NCBI RefSeq assembly: GCF_963921235.1
Contig: NC_086108.1
Span: 100,256,001 to 100,320,000 of the forward strand
DNA: 64,000 nt
Source of the DNA: Mobula hypostoma
Lineage: Eukaryota
Reading direction: 5' to 3'
Part shown: positions 1 through 13,892 of the stretch, in pieces
Numbering within the stretch: the stretch's first letter is position 1
Layout: the number at the start of each line of letters is the position of its first letter
Notes under the pieces: generated by a model
Databases searched by the model: none
Seen by the model: only the letters and a program-made list of their open reading frames with translations
What the model was told of the DNA's origin: nothing
Translations under genes and position numbers: made by a program

Positions 1-1639
1 TAAGTTACCACTGTTTGATTGGATCTAAAGGAGTTGATGAGAATGTCGATTTAGGGCAAATGGGTGGCTGATAGTTGGCATGGAAATAGTGGCCAGAATG
101 GCCTGTCTCTGTACTGTAGAGTTGGAGAGGGGAAAGCAAGAGCCCAGAGAGTGGGTGGGTGTGGACGTGTGGCGAGCTAGCATTAGTTGTAAGACTCCAC
201 TCATCAGTAAACAGAACATTAACAAACATGCATTTATTTAGCACCTACAACACCGCAGTGGAGCAGGAATAATTTCTGCTGGCTCACAACCCTAACGTCT
301 GGGGTTTGATTCCGGCCTGTGGTGCTGACCATGAGGTCTGCACCTTCATCTGCAAACCGCCTGGGTCTCCCCTGGGTGCTCCTGAGTCTTAACGATGAGT
401 GGACCAAATGACATAGAAGCAGAATTAGGCCATCCAGTCCAATGAAACTGCTCCGCCAGATGCAGTTGGTTAATTGATCACCGTATATGACTTGTTGTGA
501 GACAGAGGAATCATGTGTATTGAATGGGGAAGTTAGACAGAACAGGTTACAGTAAGTTAATAAAGGAATAAGATTAACAGGATTGCTTTTACGGCCAGCA
601 GGACTGGAAGGGCTCATGTTGTGAGGAACACGAAACAAATGCAGAAATATTCAGAGGTATTTCAGAGGAGCAATAAAAACAGTGTTGGATATCAAGACAT
701 TAGAGCAGAAGATGAAAAGCATGGTCAATGAGGCAGACAATCACAGGGAAGGAAAGGGAAGGGAAGGTTCTCCCAAGGAAATTCCTGAGCAACCAAGAAT
801 GATGACGAATCCAGAGGACCATCTGTCCAGGACATGCAGACCTATATTGGCATGTTCTTCTCTCTTTACCCTTCCACTCCTTTCCTTTCACCCAGTGACT
901 CAGACTCCATTCTCCACAAATCTGAAAGTTTCACCCTCCCCCCCAACAATAATGCCAACTTCCACTCATCCAAAGAATGAATTCCTCTCCATATGGGAAC
1001 CCCTCATTAGCCTGACAAGCCTGTCTTTACTGCACACTTTCCATTCCTTTCCTACCGATTCCTTATCCAGTTATCTGTGGTCCTAGTGATTGCCAACACT
1101 CCTGCCAATGGAAACAGTTCCTCCTTAATTACTCTGCTAACCTCCTTCACGTTTTGAATACCTCTACAAAGTCTCCCTCTGCCCATTTCTGCTGGAAGAA
1201 TAACGACCCGTTTTTGGCATCCAGTTGAAGTGCCTCATTCTCTGCAGGGAGCAGCGGACACAGATCAGCACATCACAGAAACCAGCTCCCCAGCATGGAC
1301 TCTATACTCCTCACTGCCTCGGTAAAGTAGCCAGCACAATCAGAGACCCCACTCAACCAGGGTATTCTCTCCTCCCACTGTTACTGGGCAGAAGATATAA
1401 AAGCCTGAAACCATGTACCACGAGGCTCAAGAATAGCTTCTACCCCACAGTTATAAGATGATTAAGTAATTCCCTAAAATGGTACACCCTTGACCTCACT
1501 ATCCACCTCATTATGATCCTGCATCTTATTATTTACTTGACCTGCACCTTGAATAGAACATAGAACATTGCAACACAGTACAGGCCCTTTGGCCCACAAC
1601 GTTGCACCGGGCTTTCAATCTACTCTTAAGATGTACAGC

Positions 1640-2010
1640 ACTCACTGGAATTCAGAAGAATGAAGGGTGGCCTCATTGAAACCTATCAAATGTTGTAAGG
1701 CCTCGATAGAGTGGGTGTGGCGTCAAAGACCAGAGGACACAGCCTCAGAATAGAGGGGCGTCCTTTGAGGACAGTGATGAGGAGGAATTTCTGCAGCCAG
1801 GGAGTGAAGAATCTGTGGAATTCAATGCCACAGGCAGCTGTGGAGGCCAAGTCATTTGGTGTATTTAAGAAGGTTGATAATCAGGACGTGAAGGGATATG
1901 GGGAGAGGCTGAAGATTGGGGCTGAGAGGGAAAATGGATCAGTCATGATGAAATAGCAGAGCAGACTCAATGGGCCAAATGGCCTAATTCTGCTCTTATA
2001 TCTTATGGTC
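1640..2010 (+). mobile_element. CR1 3' fragment (similar copies near 4481-4825, 9195-9640, 10450-10690, 38760-39220, 44295-44720, 56070-56525 on +)
   Basis: TRGHSLRI...RRNF.SQ.V.NLWN motif and the shared 3'UTR GGGCCAAATGGCCTAATTCTGCTC. Confidence 0.8.
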
Positions 2011-2834
2011 TCATGCTCTAAGATCTTTCTCTGTAGCTCTTAGACTTCATTCTGCATTGTTATTCTTTTATCTTTATCTACCTCAAAGCACTGAGTAATC
2101 ACTCATTCTGTATGAACAGTGTGCAACACAAGCTTCACACTGTATCTCGGTACATATGACAATAATAAACCAATACCAATACTAATCTGTTCCAGGCACC
2201 ATGGCTCGAAACCTTCTGGGACAACACCATAAGTGGACACCTCCCACCATTTGGGTGCTGACAATTTGGCAGCCTGAGAGGCGGGGTTACATGTTAAGTC
2301 AATTACTAATCCTCATATTCCAGTTACAACCGAATACTCTGCTGATGAAAGGCAGCTGGTTTCAACAACGCTCCACTGTATTGCATCTGACAGAGCTCAA
2401 ATTATTTTAAACAAATTTATTCAAGCTGTTCAGCTGCAGTTTCTTAGATACATTTTTATTAGGAGAGGAGCTAGTGAGCGTTCATTAGCAAGTTGCTCCT
2501 GCCTGCGTCTTGCTTTCTGCAATCATTGTGAATAACTTGAGTATTAGGTAAAGATCTGGTGTCAAATTTTCCAAGTGTGGGAATGCGAAATAAAATGCTG
2601 GAATTGATTTTCTGTCAGCTCCCGGTTGTCTTCAACACCACTGAAACAAACAAACTTTTAAACCTGAGTCACTCTGGGAGCAAGTCAAGTTGTAATGACG
2701 GCAGAAAAGGCACAACACGTGAAGAAAAAACCAAGAGGGCTGTGCTCTGGTGAGCAATGGCACAAACACCAAATGTTCAAAGGTTCAAAGTAAGTGAATT
2801 AACTACATGTATACATTACCATATACTTCAGCAA

Positions 2835-3290
2835 CATCCATCCCCAAGAACCCCTGCCATCCAGGCCGTGCTGCCTCCTCACGGCTAAGGTCGGGAAAGA
2901 GATACAGGAGCCTCAAGTCCCAAAACACTAGGTTCAGGAACAGTTATTACCCTTCGACCATCAGGCCCTCGAACCAGAGAGGATGACTACACTCACCCAA
3001 ACACAGAAATGATTCCACAACCTTTAGACTCACTTTTAAGGACACTGCGACTCGTGCTCTCAATATTTATTGATTATATATTTATTAATTATAACTTTTT
3101 TTCCTCTTTTTCATATTTGCATAATTTGTTGTCTTTTGCACATTGGTTGTTTTTCCATACTTGTTGTCTGCACTTTCATTGATTCTATTGTGTTTCTTTG
3201 TATTTACTGTTAATGCCCACAAGAAAACGAATCTCAGGGTAGCATATAGTGACATATGTACTTTGATAATAAATTTACTTTGAACTTTGT
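2835..3290 (+). mobile_element. Rex1/Babar-like LINE 3' fragment (related copies near 1250-1550, 3640-4055 minus, 19060-19430, 31220-31625, 32030-32420 minus, 35800-36160, 51175-51490, 52795-53045, 59622-59935)
   Basis: Recurring GACCCCCACCATCCAGG...GGAGGTACAGGAGCC...CACCAGGTTCAGGAACAG block with a (TTTGAAC)n or (CTGATT)n tail. Confidence 0.65.
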
Positions 3291-4208
3291 GCTATTGTGA
3301 GATTCACTTTCTTGCAGGTAGTCACAGAAGAACAAAGAAATACAAAAAAATCATTGAAAAGCTACAAAGTCTGACGAACAAATAGTAATAAACAAACAAA
3401 TAATACCCTGCAATGATTCCACAACCTATGGACTCACTTTTAAGGACTCTACATCTCATGTTATCAGTAATAATTAATTAATTTTTAAAACCTAATCTAT
3501 TTTTCTGTCTGCATTTGCACAGATTGTCTTTTGCACATTGGTTGCTTGTCAGTCTGATTTGTGTGTAGCTTTTCATTGATTCTCTTGTGAATGCCTGCAA
3601 GAAAAGGAACCTCACAGTAGTATAGAGTTCAAAGTAAATTTATTATCAAAGTATATATATGTCACCATATACAACCCTGAGATTCATTTTCTTGCAGGCA
3701 TTCACAGTAATCCAGGAAACAAAATGGCATCAAGACCACACCTAACAGATCCTGCGTAAAATGTGTAAAATCAAAAAATGTGCAAAGAAAATAATAATAA
3801 TTGTAATGAATGGACAAGCAATAAATATCAAGAACATGAGATGAACAATCCTTGAAAATGAGTTCATAGCATGTGGGAACAGTTCCATGTTGGGTGAGTA
3901 AAGTGATCCCGTCTGGTTCAAGACGCTGATGGTTGAGGGGTAATAACTGCTCCTGAACCTGGTGCTGTGGGAGCTAAGGCACCTGTACCTCCTTCCCAAT
4001 GGCAGCAACAAGAAGAGAGAAAGGCATGCATGGTGGGGGTCCTTGATGATGGATTCTGCTTGTGCCTATACAAGGGTGCTTGTTTTAAAGCCTCAGCTAA
4101 GAGATGACACTCTCTGCAGTGCAGTCCTTCCTCAGTTCTGCACTGAAGCATCTGCTTGGCCATTGTGTTCCAAACATTGAATATTCCAGCAAAGCGTCAA
4201 ATAGGCCT

Positions 4209-4472
4209 CGTCTTCGTGGCTATCCCTCGAGGTCGAGGATGATGGTCTTCGTTCCGTACAGAGCGAAGACACCTGTGCGTGTATTTGTTTAACGTGTACT
4301 TGATGTTGCACTCCAAGAAGCACACGATACTTCACAAATCAACCAACTGATTCCAATGGCATGGAAACCACGACGATTGGAGCTGATGGATTTGTTGCAG
4401 CCTTCACCCTCCTTCACAGCCATTGAGTTCAAAGTAACTTCGTCCGCCTGTTCCATCGTTGAGGTCTTATAG
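4209..4472 (-). mobile_element. Short non-autonomous retroposon with an RTE-type 3' end and 8-bp TSD
   Basis: ATAGGCCT at 4201-4208 and 4473-4480; 3' stem-loop ATCCTCGACCTCGAGGGAT and a GAAGACGA tail. Confidence 0.65.
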
Positions 4473-6083
4473 ATAGGCCTACTGAATATTGAAAGGCCTA
4501 GGAAGAATGGGCATGAAGAGGGTGTTTCCAATAGTTGGGGAAGCCTAAGACCAGAGGGCACAGCCTCAGAATACAAGGACGAGCCTCTAGAACACAGATG
4601 AGGAGGAATTCCTTTAGTCAAAGTGGCGAATTGTAGAATACATTACCACAGACAGCTGTGGAGGCACTGGATGTATTTATAGCAGAGATTAACAGCTTTT
4701 TGATTAGTAAGGACATCAAATATTACAGGGAGAAAGCAGGAGAATGGGGTTCGGAGGGATAATATATCAGCCATGATTGAAGACTCAATGGGCCAAATGG
4801 ACTAATTCTGTTCCGAGCTCTTATAAATTTATCCATCAAAAGCTGCCCTCTCTGCTTTGAAGTTATCACTTGTGACCCTTTCTGACCAGCCAAGGGCACC
4901 TTGTTTTAAAGCCTCGACTGAAAGATGACACTCCCAACAGTGCAGCCCTTCCTCAATACTGCACTGAAGCATCTGCCTGGCTGGTCTGTTCAAAAGCATG
5001 GAGGGAGTTGCAAAATCCACATCTATCTGCATTACAGACAAGAGGGGCACCAAGTCACGACAGGTGCAGACTCCCCCTCAATAATTCGGCGGTTCTAAGG
5101 AATTACTTAATCTTTCCCTGCCCTGTAAAAGCAGGCTCTCGTGGTGCAGGCATAGACTACAACTTGCAAGCTGCAACAAATGACTGAGCAGTCAGCACTA
5201 GTCACCAAAGAAATAACTAAGCTCAGCTGGCCTGTTCAGCCCGAGCTACAACAATGAGTTGCTTGCAAATCATAAACTTTGCATTTTATTTCTTTAAACT
5301 TTTTTTTATTTACATTAAGGGAGTAATGCATGCTTAAGTCTGGCATTAGCCGCTCTACAGAAATAAAAATTCATGATTATGTGGCTAACAGCCTCCAGCG
5401 GCTCACAAGCACGTATTGTGCCTCCTGGCTAGTGACTGAATAAACAAAATGAATTGCAGATTTATGAAAACTAATTCACAGAATGCATCTGAGTAGTAAA
5501 AGTGACAATACCACTATAAACAAATTGACGAAATTAAAGCTTTTTAAAATGACTGTAGATAGATTTTAATGGAGTCATATTAGATTTGTCTGTCTCTTTA
5601 CTGAAAACCCCTTTAAAAGGTCCTTGTTTTTCACAAAATACAACTAAATATTTAGAATAAATCACCAGGTGAGCTTGTTGAAACCAAAACGATTTGAGAA
5701 GTGCATTGAGATACATGGCCCAGAGCACCATAACCTCCTATGACCCAAGAGGCCTTTAACTCCTCGTCTACCTTTCTAGTCCGAGTGCTCTCCTGATTGC
5801 TCATGGAGACATTACTCCACTTTAAGATACGTCACTCAACAGGGCATATCAGAGACAGAAGCATCTGGACAGGGGAGAAAAAGAGAACCTGTTTCCATTG
5901 GCAGATGGCCATGTTATGGTGAAGGCACAGACGGTAGTGTTAGATTTAGAGTGAATTAACTTTAAAATTAAATTTTAAACCAGAGGACACATTTAACATT
6001 GAAAAAATAGTCACAATAACAAAGGTGTTGAGAAATAAGTAATTTCTGATTCAAAATCACAAGGCTAATCTACTTATACTTAA

Positions 6084-7222
6084 CAAGGTACCCCATGCAA
6101 GGCTTATTGAGAAAGAAAGGAGGCATGGGATCCAAGGGGACATTGCTTTGTGGATCCAGAACTGGCTTGCCCACAGAAGGCAAAGAGTGGTTGTAGACGG
6201 GTCGTATTCCGCATGAAGGTCGGTGACCAGTGGTGTGCCTCAGGGATCTGTTCTGGGACCCTTGCTCTTCGTGATTTTTATAAATGACCTGGATGAAGAA
6301 GTGGGGGGATGGGTTAGTAAATTTGTAAATGACACAAAGGTTGGGGGTGTTGTGGATAATGTGGAGGGCTGTCAGAGGTTACAGACAGCAGGACATTGAT
6401 TGGATGCAAAACTGGTCTGAGAAGTGGCAGATGGAGTTCAACCCAGAGAAGTGTGAGGTGGTTCATTTTGGTGGGTCAAATATGATGGCAGAATATAATA
6501 TTAATGGTAAGACTGTTGGCAGTGTGGAGGATCAAAGGGATCTTGGGGTCTGAGTCCATAAGACACTCAAAGCTGCTGTGCAGATTGACTCTGTGGTTAA
6601 GAAAGCATACTGTGCATTGGCCTTCATCAATCATGGGTTTGAGTTTAGGAGCCAAGAGGTAATGTTGCAGCTATATAGGACACTGGTCAGACCCCATTTG
6701 GAGAACTGTGCTTAATTCTGGTTGCCTCACTACAGGAAGGACATGGAAACCATAGACAGGGTGCAGAGGAGATTTACAAGGATGTTGCCTGGACTGGGGA
6801 GCATGCCTTATGAGAAAAGGTTGAGTGAACTTAGCCTTTTCTGCTTGGAGCGACGGAGGATTAGAGTGACCTGATAGAGGTGTATAAGATGATGAGAGGC
6901 ATTGATCGTGTGGATAGACAGAGGCTTTGTCCCAGGGCTGAAATGGCTAGCACGAGAGGGCACAGTTTTAAGGTGCTGGAAGTAGGTTACAAAGGAGTTG
7001 TCAGGGGTAAGTTTTTTTATGCAGAGAGTGGTTAGTGAGTGGAATGGGCTGCCAGCAATGGTGGTGGAGGCGGATACAATAGGGTCTTTTAAGAGACTCC
7101 AGGACAGGTACATGGAGCTCACAAAAATAGAGGGCTATGGGTAACTCTAGGTAAATTTCTAAGGTAAGGACATGTTCGGCACAGCTTTGTGGGCCGAAGG
7201 GCCTGTATTGTGCTGTAGTTCT
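6084..7222 (+). mobile_element. CR1 LINE 3' fragment (RT domain to 3'UTR), degenerate
   Basis: [41 protein letters not shown]1-type 3' end. Confidence 0.9.
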
Positions 7223-7523
7223 ATATTACTCAAGACAGTTGGCTTCTGTACCAGAACTTAAAATCAAAAGTCAAGCCACCAACAAATTGTACATACCTGA
7301 CACCTCCACCAGTGTAACCTGTCCTGTCAATTCTCAAGAATATTAGCAAATTAAATTTAGCATCAAACCTTATAAATTTCCCCACCTAAATTTTGTCACA
7401 GCATACTGAGCAACACTACCTTTAGTATCTTCATCCAAGACATGTATAGAGTTGAAGGCCCCAGCACTACTCACCGCGACACAATCTTTGCAAACAAGAA
7501 AATGACCTGGTTAGGCCTACATA

Positions 7524-7735
7524 CTCTGCTGATGCTGGAAATCCAAAGGCAACACACAAAAAGTGCTGGAGGAAGTGAGCAGGTTAGGCAGCGTCTATGG
7601 AGAGGAATAAACAGTTGACTTTTGGGCTAAGACCCTTCTGGTCTCTCTGGGCCATAAATGTCAACTGTTTTTTCTGCTCCAGAGATGCTGCATGAACCAG
7701 CTGAGTTCCTTCAGCATTTTGGGTGTGTTACTCTG
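7524..7735. mobile_element. Older Penelope-like fold-back copy (others near 21655-21842, 28890-28995, 30062-30175, 34628-34805, 38395-38670, 40330-40450, 42510-42912, 51620-51855)
   Basis: Shared ACACAAAATGCTGGAGGAACTCAGCAGGTCAGGCAGCATCTATGGAG arm, often in inverted pairs. Confidence 0.7.
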
Positions 7736-10700
7736 GTTATGTCTACAATCCGATTCCTGTCAGGCATATTACCTTCCGTCTGTGTCAACATATTTTCTAT
7801 ACCATTTATTTTCCACAAAAATCATTGCTGCACCTTACTAAATACCTTCTGCAAATCTGCCTTGATCCTCCTTCATACATAAGTTACTTAATTTTTAGAA
7901 TTTGACTTCCCTGTTGCAAAATCAGGTTGACTTTCCAATATCCTTGATTTTAATTTCCCCTGTGCCTTTAACATCAGCTTCAAACATTTTCCAAACGACA
8001 CATATTTTGGGTGATGCATCGTGGCACGACTGGTTGAGCCACAACCTCACAACTTCAGAGTGCTGGATCCGATCTTGACTTCCAGCCCTTTGAGCAACAC
8101 GGCACAGCAGCCCCTGCTCTAACCCTGGCCGAATCATGGGACAATTTACATTGACCAATTAACCTACCAACCGGTACCTCTTTTTGACTGTGGGAGGAAA
8201 CCGGAGCCCCAGTAGGACACCCACACGTTCACGGGGAGAATGTGCAAACTACTTACACACAGCGATGGGAAATGAACACGGTTTGCTGGTACTGTAAAAT
8301 GTTGTCGCTAACCACTACACTACCATCCCACCCCGCCACCCCCAAAACGCCCCTATTTCCTCCCACATCCCATAGGAAAATGTCCTGAGGGGGCAATGAA
8401 CAGAAGTTCAGAAGAATAAACAATGGGATTATGGAAGGGAAAAGGATGGTTGATGGTCAGTGTGAACTCAATGAATCAAAGGGTCTCCTATGTTCTATTC
8501 CTCAATTACTCTGTAAAGCAGGAGACCAAAATCGAAGCAGAGAAGGCCTAGAAGGTACTCAAGGGTTTGTGCCAAGGCTACAAAAGTCACAATCACCAAC
8601 AGTGGAAGAAGAAAAATTAAAAACATGCAGAAAGTTTCTATCACATTTGGAGATCTAAACTATAATTAAGGTTGAAGAACAGTGCCCAATGAAGCTCTCA
8701 GCTCCCAGGACCAAGTTTTGATTCGGGCCTCATCACTGCCTGAGCAGAGATGGCTGGATCTCTCTGTGACCGCGTGGGTTTCCTTCCACATCCGAAGACA
8801 TGCTGGTAGGTTAAGTGTAGATATATGATTAAAAAAAATTGAAGAGGAGAATAATTAGGTGGAAATAAAGACAGGAGGAATAGGATTGCTCTGCCGGGAG
8901 CTAACATGGATTTAATGGGCCAAATGGTCTGTTTCTTTATCATAATAAATTAACTGTAGTTATTCTGATTCATAAGTCAGATGCCTGCCAATCATTCTCC
9001 CTGGAAATAAGTTAGGATCGTACATGGATGACAGAGGTATGGAGGAAAATGAGGCTATGTAGATGAGCAGGTCAACATGAAATAGACAGGCTGATGGGCC
9101 TGTTTCTGTGCTGTAATACTCTAAGTAAAGTAAAACATGGTTATTATTATTTATCACTTTGCCTTTCCAAGTTAATTCAATGGGTATATTTTACCAGGTT
9201 GCTGCCTGGATTAGAAGGTGTAAACTATAACGAGAGATTCAGCAAACTTAGATCATTTTCTTGGGGCGTCGGAGACTGAGCGGAGAGCTGATGGGACTTT
9301 ATAGGCAGAAATAAGAATACACAGACAGAATCTTTTATCCACAGTGTAGAAACATCAATTATTGAAGGACCTGCATTGAAGTTGAGAGGGAGAAAGTTTA
9401 AAGGAGCTCAAGTTTAAAGGGTAAGTCTTTTTTAGACAGAGAGTGCTAGGTGCCTGGAATGGACTGCAAGGTGTAGTGATGGAAGCAGATAAGTGGAGTT
9501 TTAAGAGGCTTTTAGACAGATAATTGAATATGCAGACAATTGGGGGGGGGCGCAGGAGGTGATATGTATCATGTACAGACAAATGTGAATTAGTTTAATT
9601 TGGCATTATGACATCATGGGTCAAAGGGCAGTTCCTGTGCTGGCTGAAGCTATGTCAATGGTTGAGTAGCAAGGCACAGGCTATAATTCTCAGTTTGTTT
9701 AATGCTTAAGATGCAAGAAAGAGTCATAAAAATGTAGCTGCAAGAATTGCAGAGGTCACTTGGCCATAACAAGCTCATCAGGCTCAAAGTGAAAAATTTA
9801 CACGCCAAAATGGCTGCAAATTATACTCATTATGGTGTGTACTCTACAGTTCATCTGGAGAAGTTTTAGCTCAAAGTATTAACAAAGCACCTGGAAAGAC
9901 AAGATGGTTTCTCATAACAAGACATCCATAAAAGTTAAGTTCCACTGATGTTTATTTTAGGATTTTACAGGCTGCCTTGTAACAAGAGCTATATTTCGGA
10001 GTCTGGATTAACCACTTTTCAGAGGGTCATTTAGAGGCTGGTGAACAGATGTCTACCTGGTATTGTATCGGCAGCCAGCTACTGCACAGGGAGAAAATAT
10101 GAGGTATATTGGAGACAGATACCTAATGCACCATCACCTAAACACACGCCAGAAACAGAATTTCCAAACAGGAGGGCACAGTAGTGCAAGGGTCAGTGCA
10201 TTGCTTTACAGCGACAGCAACCCAGGTTCCATTCCTGCCTCTGTCTGTACGTTCTCCCAGTGACCAGGTGCATTTCCACCCACATTCCAAAGGTGTACAG
10301 GTTGATAAGGTTAATCTGTTCACGTGGGTGTAATTGGGTGACATGGGCTGAATAGTATTTGGTAAGGGGCTGAGGAAGGGCAGACAGAGTTTAATCCAGA
10401 TCAAAGCGAGGTGTTTCACCTTGGTAGGGGAAATGCAAGGAGACAGGTGAGAGGGGGATGTGAAGGGTAAGTTTTTTACTCAAAGAATCGTGGATGCCTG
10501 GAATGCGCTGCCTAGTACGGTGGTACAGGCCTTTAAGAGATGTTTAGATAGGCACATGAATGTAAGGAATATGGCCATGGCGTAAGTAGGAGGGATTAGT
10601 GTTTGGGTGTTTTTGATTTGCTTTTTAGCTGTTTCAGCATAACATTATGGGCCGAATGGCCTGTTCCTGTGCTGTACTCTTCTATGTTCTACTGCACTAT

Positions 10701-11187
10701 ATCGCTAAATGAATAAAAATATATAAATTTCCCGTTTTCTAGCCTTTACTTATTTTCCAACTGTGATCAAATTGATTAGGTTCGAGTTTGGGAGCCAATT
10801 CAAAATAAAGTAATACCCATTAAGACTTTCTTTTCAAACAGAAATAAATCATCATGTGCTATTTAAGACTTAACTTATCAAGATGGAGAGGTGCCAATCC
10901 AGCATCAGGCTCAATTCCATTATTATATCCTTTCCCAACCACTAACTTCCCAGTCTGATGCCGCGAGCTCAGCAGATCTACTTCTACAATTCAATTAACC
11001 CTTAAATAAATGAAAGGGCAAATGTCATTCTTTCCAGTGTGCTGTACTCCTCAATTGTTGATCATGTAACATCCACAATGATTGGCTGTTAGTCTACAGG
11101 AAATAAAAATCTTTCAGAACATGAAACTTTTTCAAACATTTAGGAGGGGGTAGGCATTACAATCAACTCAGATTACTGTCACGGTAA

Positions 11188-11672
11188 CCAGATTGATTCC
11201 TGGGACGGCAGGACTTTCATATGAAGAAAGACTGGATGAACTGGGCTTGTACTCGTTGGAATTTAGAAGATTGAGGGGAGATCTGATTGAAACGTATAAA
11301 ATCCTAAAGGGATTGGACAGGCTAGATGCAGGAAGATTGTTCCCGATGTTGTGGAAGTCCAGAACAAGGGGTCACAGTTTGAGGATAAAGGGGAAGCCTT
11401 TTAGGACAGAGATTAGGAAAAACTTCTTCACTCAGAGAGTGGTGAATCTGTGGAATCTCTGCCACAGGAAGCAGTTGAGGCCAGTACATTGGCTATATTT
11501 AAGAGGGAGTTAGATATGGCCCTTGTGGCTACAGGGGTCAGGGGGTATGGAGGGAAGGCTGGGGCGGGGTTCTGCGTTGGATGATCAGCCATGATCATAA
11601 TAAATGGCGGTGCAGGCTCGAAGGGCCGAATGGCCTACTCCTGCACCTATTTTCTATGTTTCTATGTTTCTA
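11188..11672 (+). mobile_element. CR1 LINE 3' fragment
   Basis: LSYEERLDELGLYSLEFRRLRGDLIETYKI; (TTTCTATG)n tail. Confidence 0.88.
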
Positions 11673-13094
11673 AAACATAAAATTCCATCATAGGATCATT
11701 AGAGGATTTGATGGAGGCTGGTTCTCTCTCAGTAGTTAAGAAGAATCTGGACAACCTCTTGAACCATCAGGCCATAGCAGTCTACAAACCAAAGAGCTGC
11801 TAAATGGGACAGGTGTAGATCAGGGGTTACCATGAACCCCTACCATTAACCCCTGGTATAGATGGTACAGCTTAGACTTGACAGGCTCAAGGACTATATG
11901 ATTATAAAAGACACATTGGGACAAGCGACCAAAAGCTTCAATGAAGAGGGAAGATTTAAGGTGCATCTTAAAAAGGAGGAATGAGAGAGGTTATTACAGC
12001 TTAATATTGCACTCCAAACAATTCAAGCAGAAAATTGGCTAAAGGCTTGAACCTTTGGTGCTGCTAAGCCACCAGATCACGAAAACATAAGCTGATGTGT
12101 CCTGTGGTCAAAGTAAATTGTACTCTTATTTTATCTTGTCTCCAGATAATGTAACATATACTTTTAAGATCACCAATTCATCCAAGATGTTTGAGCTACC
12201 ATCAATGTTGAAAACCAGCATTACCTCAACCTGCCGCACATCGAGTTACGTGCAAGAAGGCATCAAGATTTTAAGGCGACATTGATCACAAATGGTATAT
12301 CTCACGCTCCTCTGAATCAAAATACTGTATTCAGCTCGTGATAGAGATCATAATTACGAAAATCAACAGCAGTTAAGTTTCACTAATTCAAAAGAATTGC
12401 TGTTTTTTGGGGACACTATAGTCAACAGTCATGCAAAGATCGCAGTAGCAAAAGGAAGATGCTGGGTTTTTTTCACTGGGTGTCCTAATAAGTTTTCCGG
12501 TGTTGGTACAATACATCAAAAAAGGGGATAAAAAATACTTCCAGTCAACGCCAGTGCTCCTTTAATGGCTTTTGAAACTGTGGTTCAGAGTGGCCCTGAT
12601 CTTGGGGAATGTTATGCTCTGGGGGAAAAAAACCTACATTAAGTTTGGGCCGTTGCATTTAATTGATGGATTGCATGCCCATGCACAGCATCAAAACTGA
12701 CATGGATTACTCCAACGTTCAGCCTCTTCCAAAGGAAGTTCATTAACCCTTCTTAGTTTTAAAAACCCAGTGCTAAGTACTTACAAACATATCTGAAATG
12801 ATGCTGATTTATGGAGCAACTTTAGATCGAAAGCTCTCAGATCCATTACCAATTACCCATACAACCCTTGCCATCACCAGCAGATCAAAGGCATCTTTTT
12901 ACTGTGCACATGTAGATTATCTGAACAGGAATGACATTTGTAATGTAACAGGCCTATAATCTAAAGTACATAAAGTGCATTTTATTTTGTTGCAAGCAAT
13001 AGTCAGAACACATTAAAACTTTGAAACAAACTCATTTCTAATAAACAGTCTTATTTGGAGTTTATAGTACTTATCAAGAACACACAAAACTTAT

Positions 13095-13892
13095 CTTCCA
13101 CCATTTCAAGCTTTTTATTATTTAAATACACCATACTAGAGCAAATGTTTTTTTGTTTGAAAATATCACAAATAAAATTTCCATTCTTAAAGTCCTACAT
13201 AAGAGACTGGAAAGCTGGGAATTCTTCTGCTGGGGGTGGGAAGGGGGTTAAGAGAGAAGCAACATTTGACAAATCACATACATGCATGCATACATGTCAT
13301 TGTACAGAGAACCACTACAAGTGTTTATGATAGAGAACTACCACAAAGATCACTGGATTTTTCTTCTCCCATTGCTGCCTCTTTATTAATAATAGCAATA
13401 AACACATTGTCTTTACAACACTTAGAAATACAAAGAGCCGACACTTTTTTTTGCCAAGGATGTTTTAAAGAAAAATAGAATACAAGGGGGAGGGGAGGAA
13501 CCCAAGGCCAGTGCCCTGCTAAATATTAATGTAGGTACGTAGCACGTCGCAAAACCTCCAATAATGATTTTAATTTGTCATTATCCCAGATGTCCTTCAA
13601 TGGCCATTTGATTTTTACTTTCACAACCCCCCTCCCCACCCCCACACCCTCTGAACAGTTATTAGCCCCGGGTTCACAGAATCCTTAATCTGGTGTCCTC
13701 AAGTCACTTTGAATGCAGGAAGAGCTTGGTGAGAGCAAACTAGCGAGGGTATACAAGTGTGCAATGTCGTCGTGTACCTGGCATTGAAACCAGCCAAAAA
13801 ATATGACTGTCTACTGGAACAAAGTGGGGTCCACTTGCGATGAGCCAGATTGAAAAGATGAAGGCACGCTTTCTGCACTGCTCCAAGCCACC
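13095..13892 (-). other. LMO4: LMO4 3'UTR (3' end approximate)
   Basis: Repeat-free sequence after the stop. AATAAA at 13114-13119 (minus) is followed about 20 nt later by GU-rich GTTTTGTGTGTTCT. Confidence 0.7.
13114..13119 (-). terminator. Polyadenylation signal AATAAA (alternative signal at 12981-12986)
   Basis: Hexamer plus a downstream GU-rich element. Confidence 0.6.

Noticed and set aside
4075..4982. Roughly 90-bp direct repeats resembling LTRs
   Set aside because: Both are Deu-SINE core fragments; no TG..CA ends, PBS or internal retroviral sequence.
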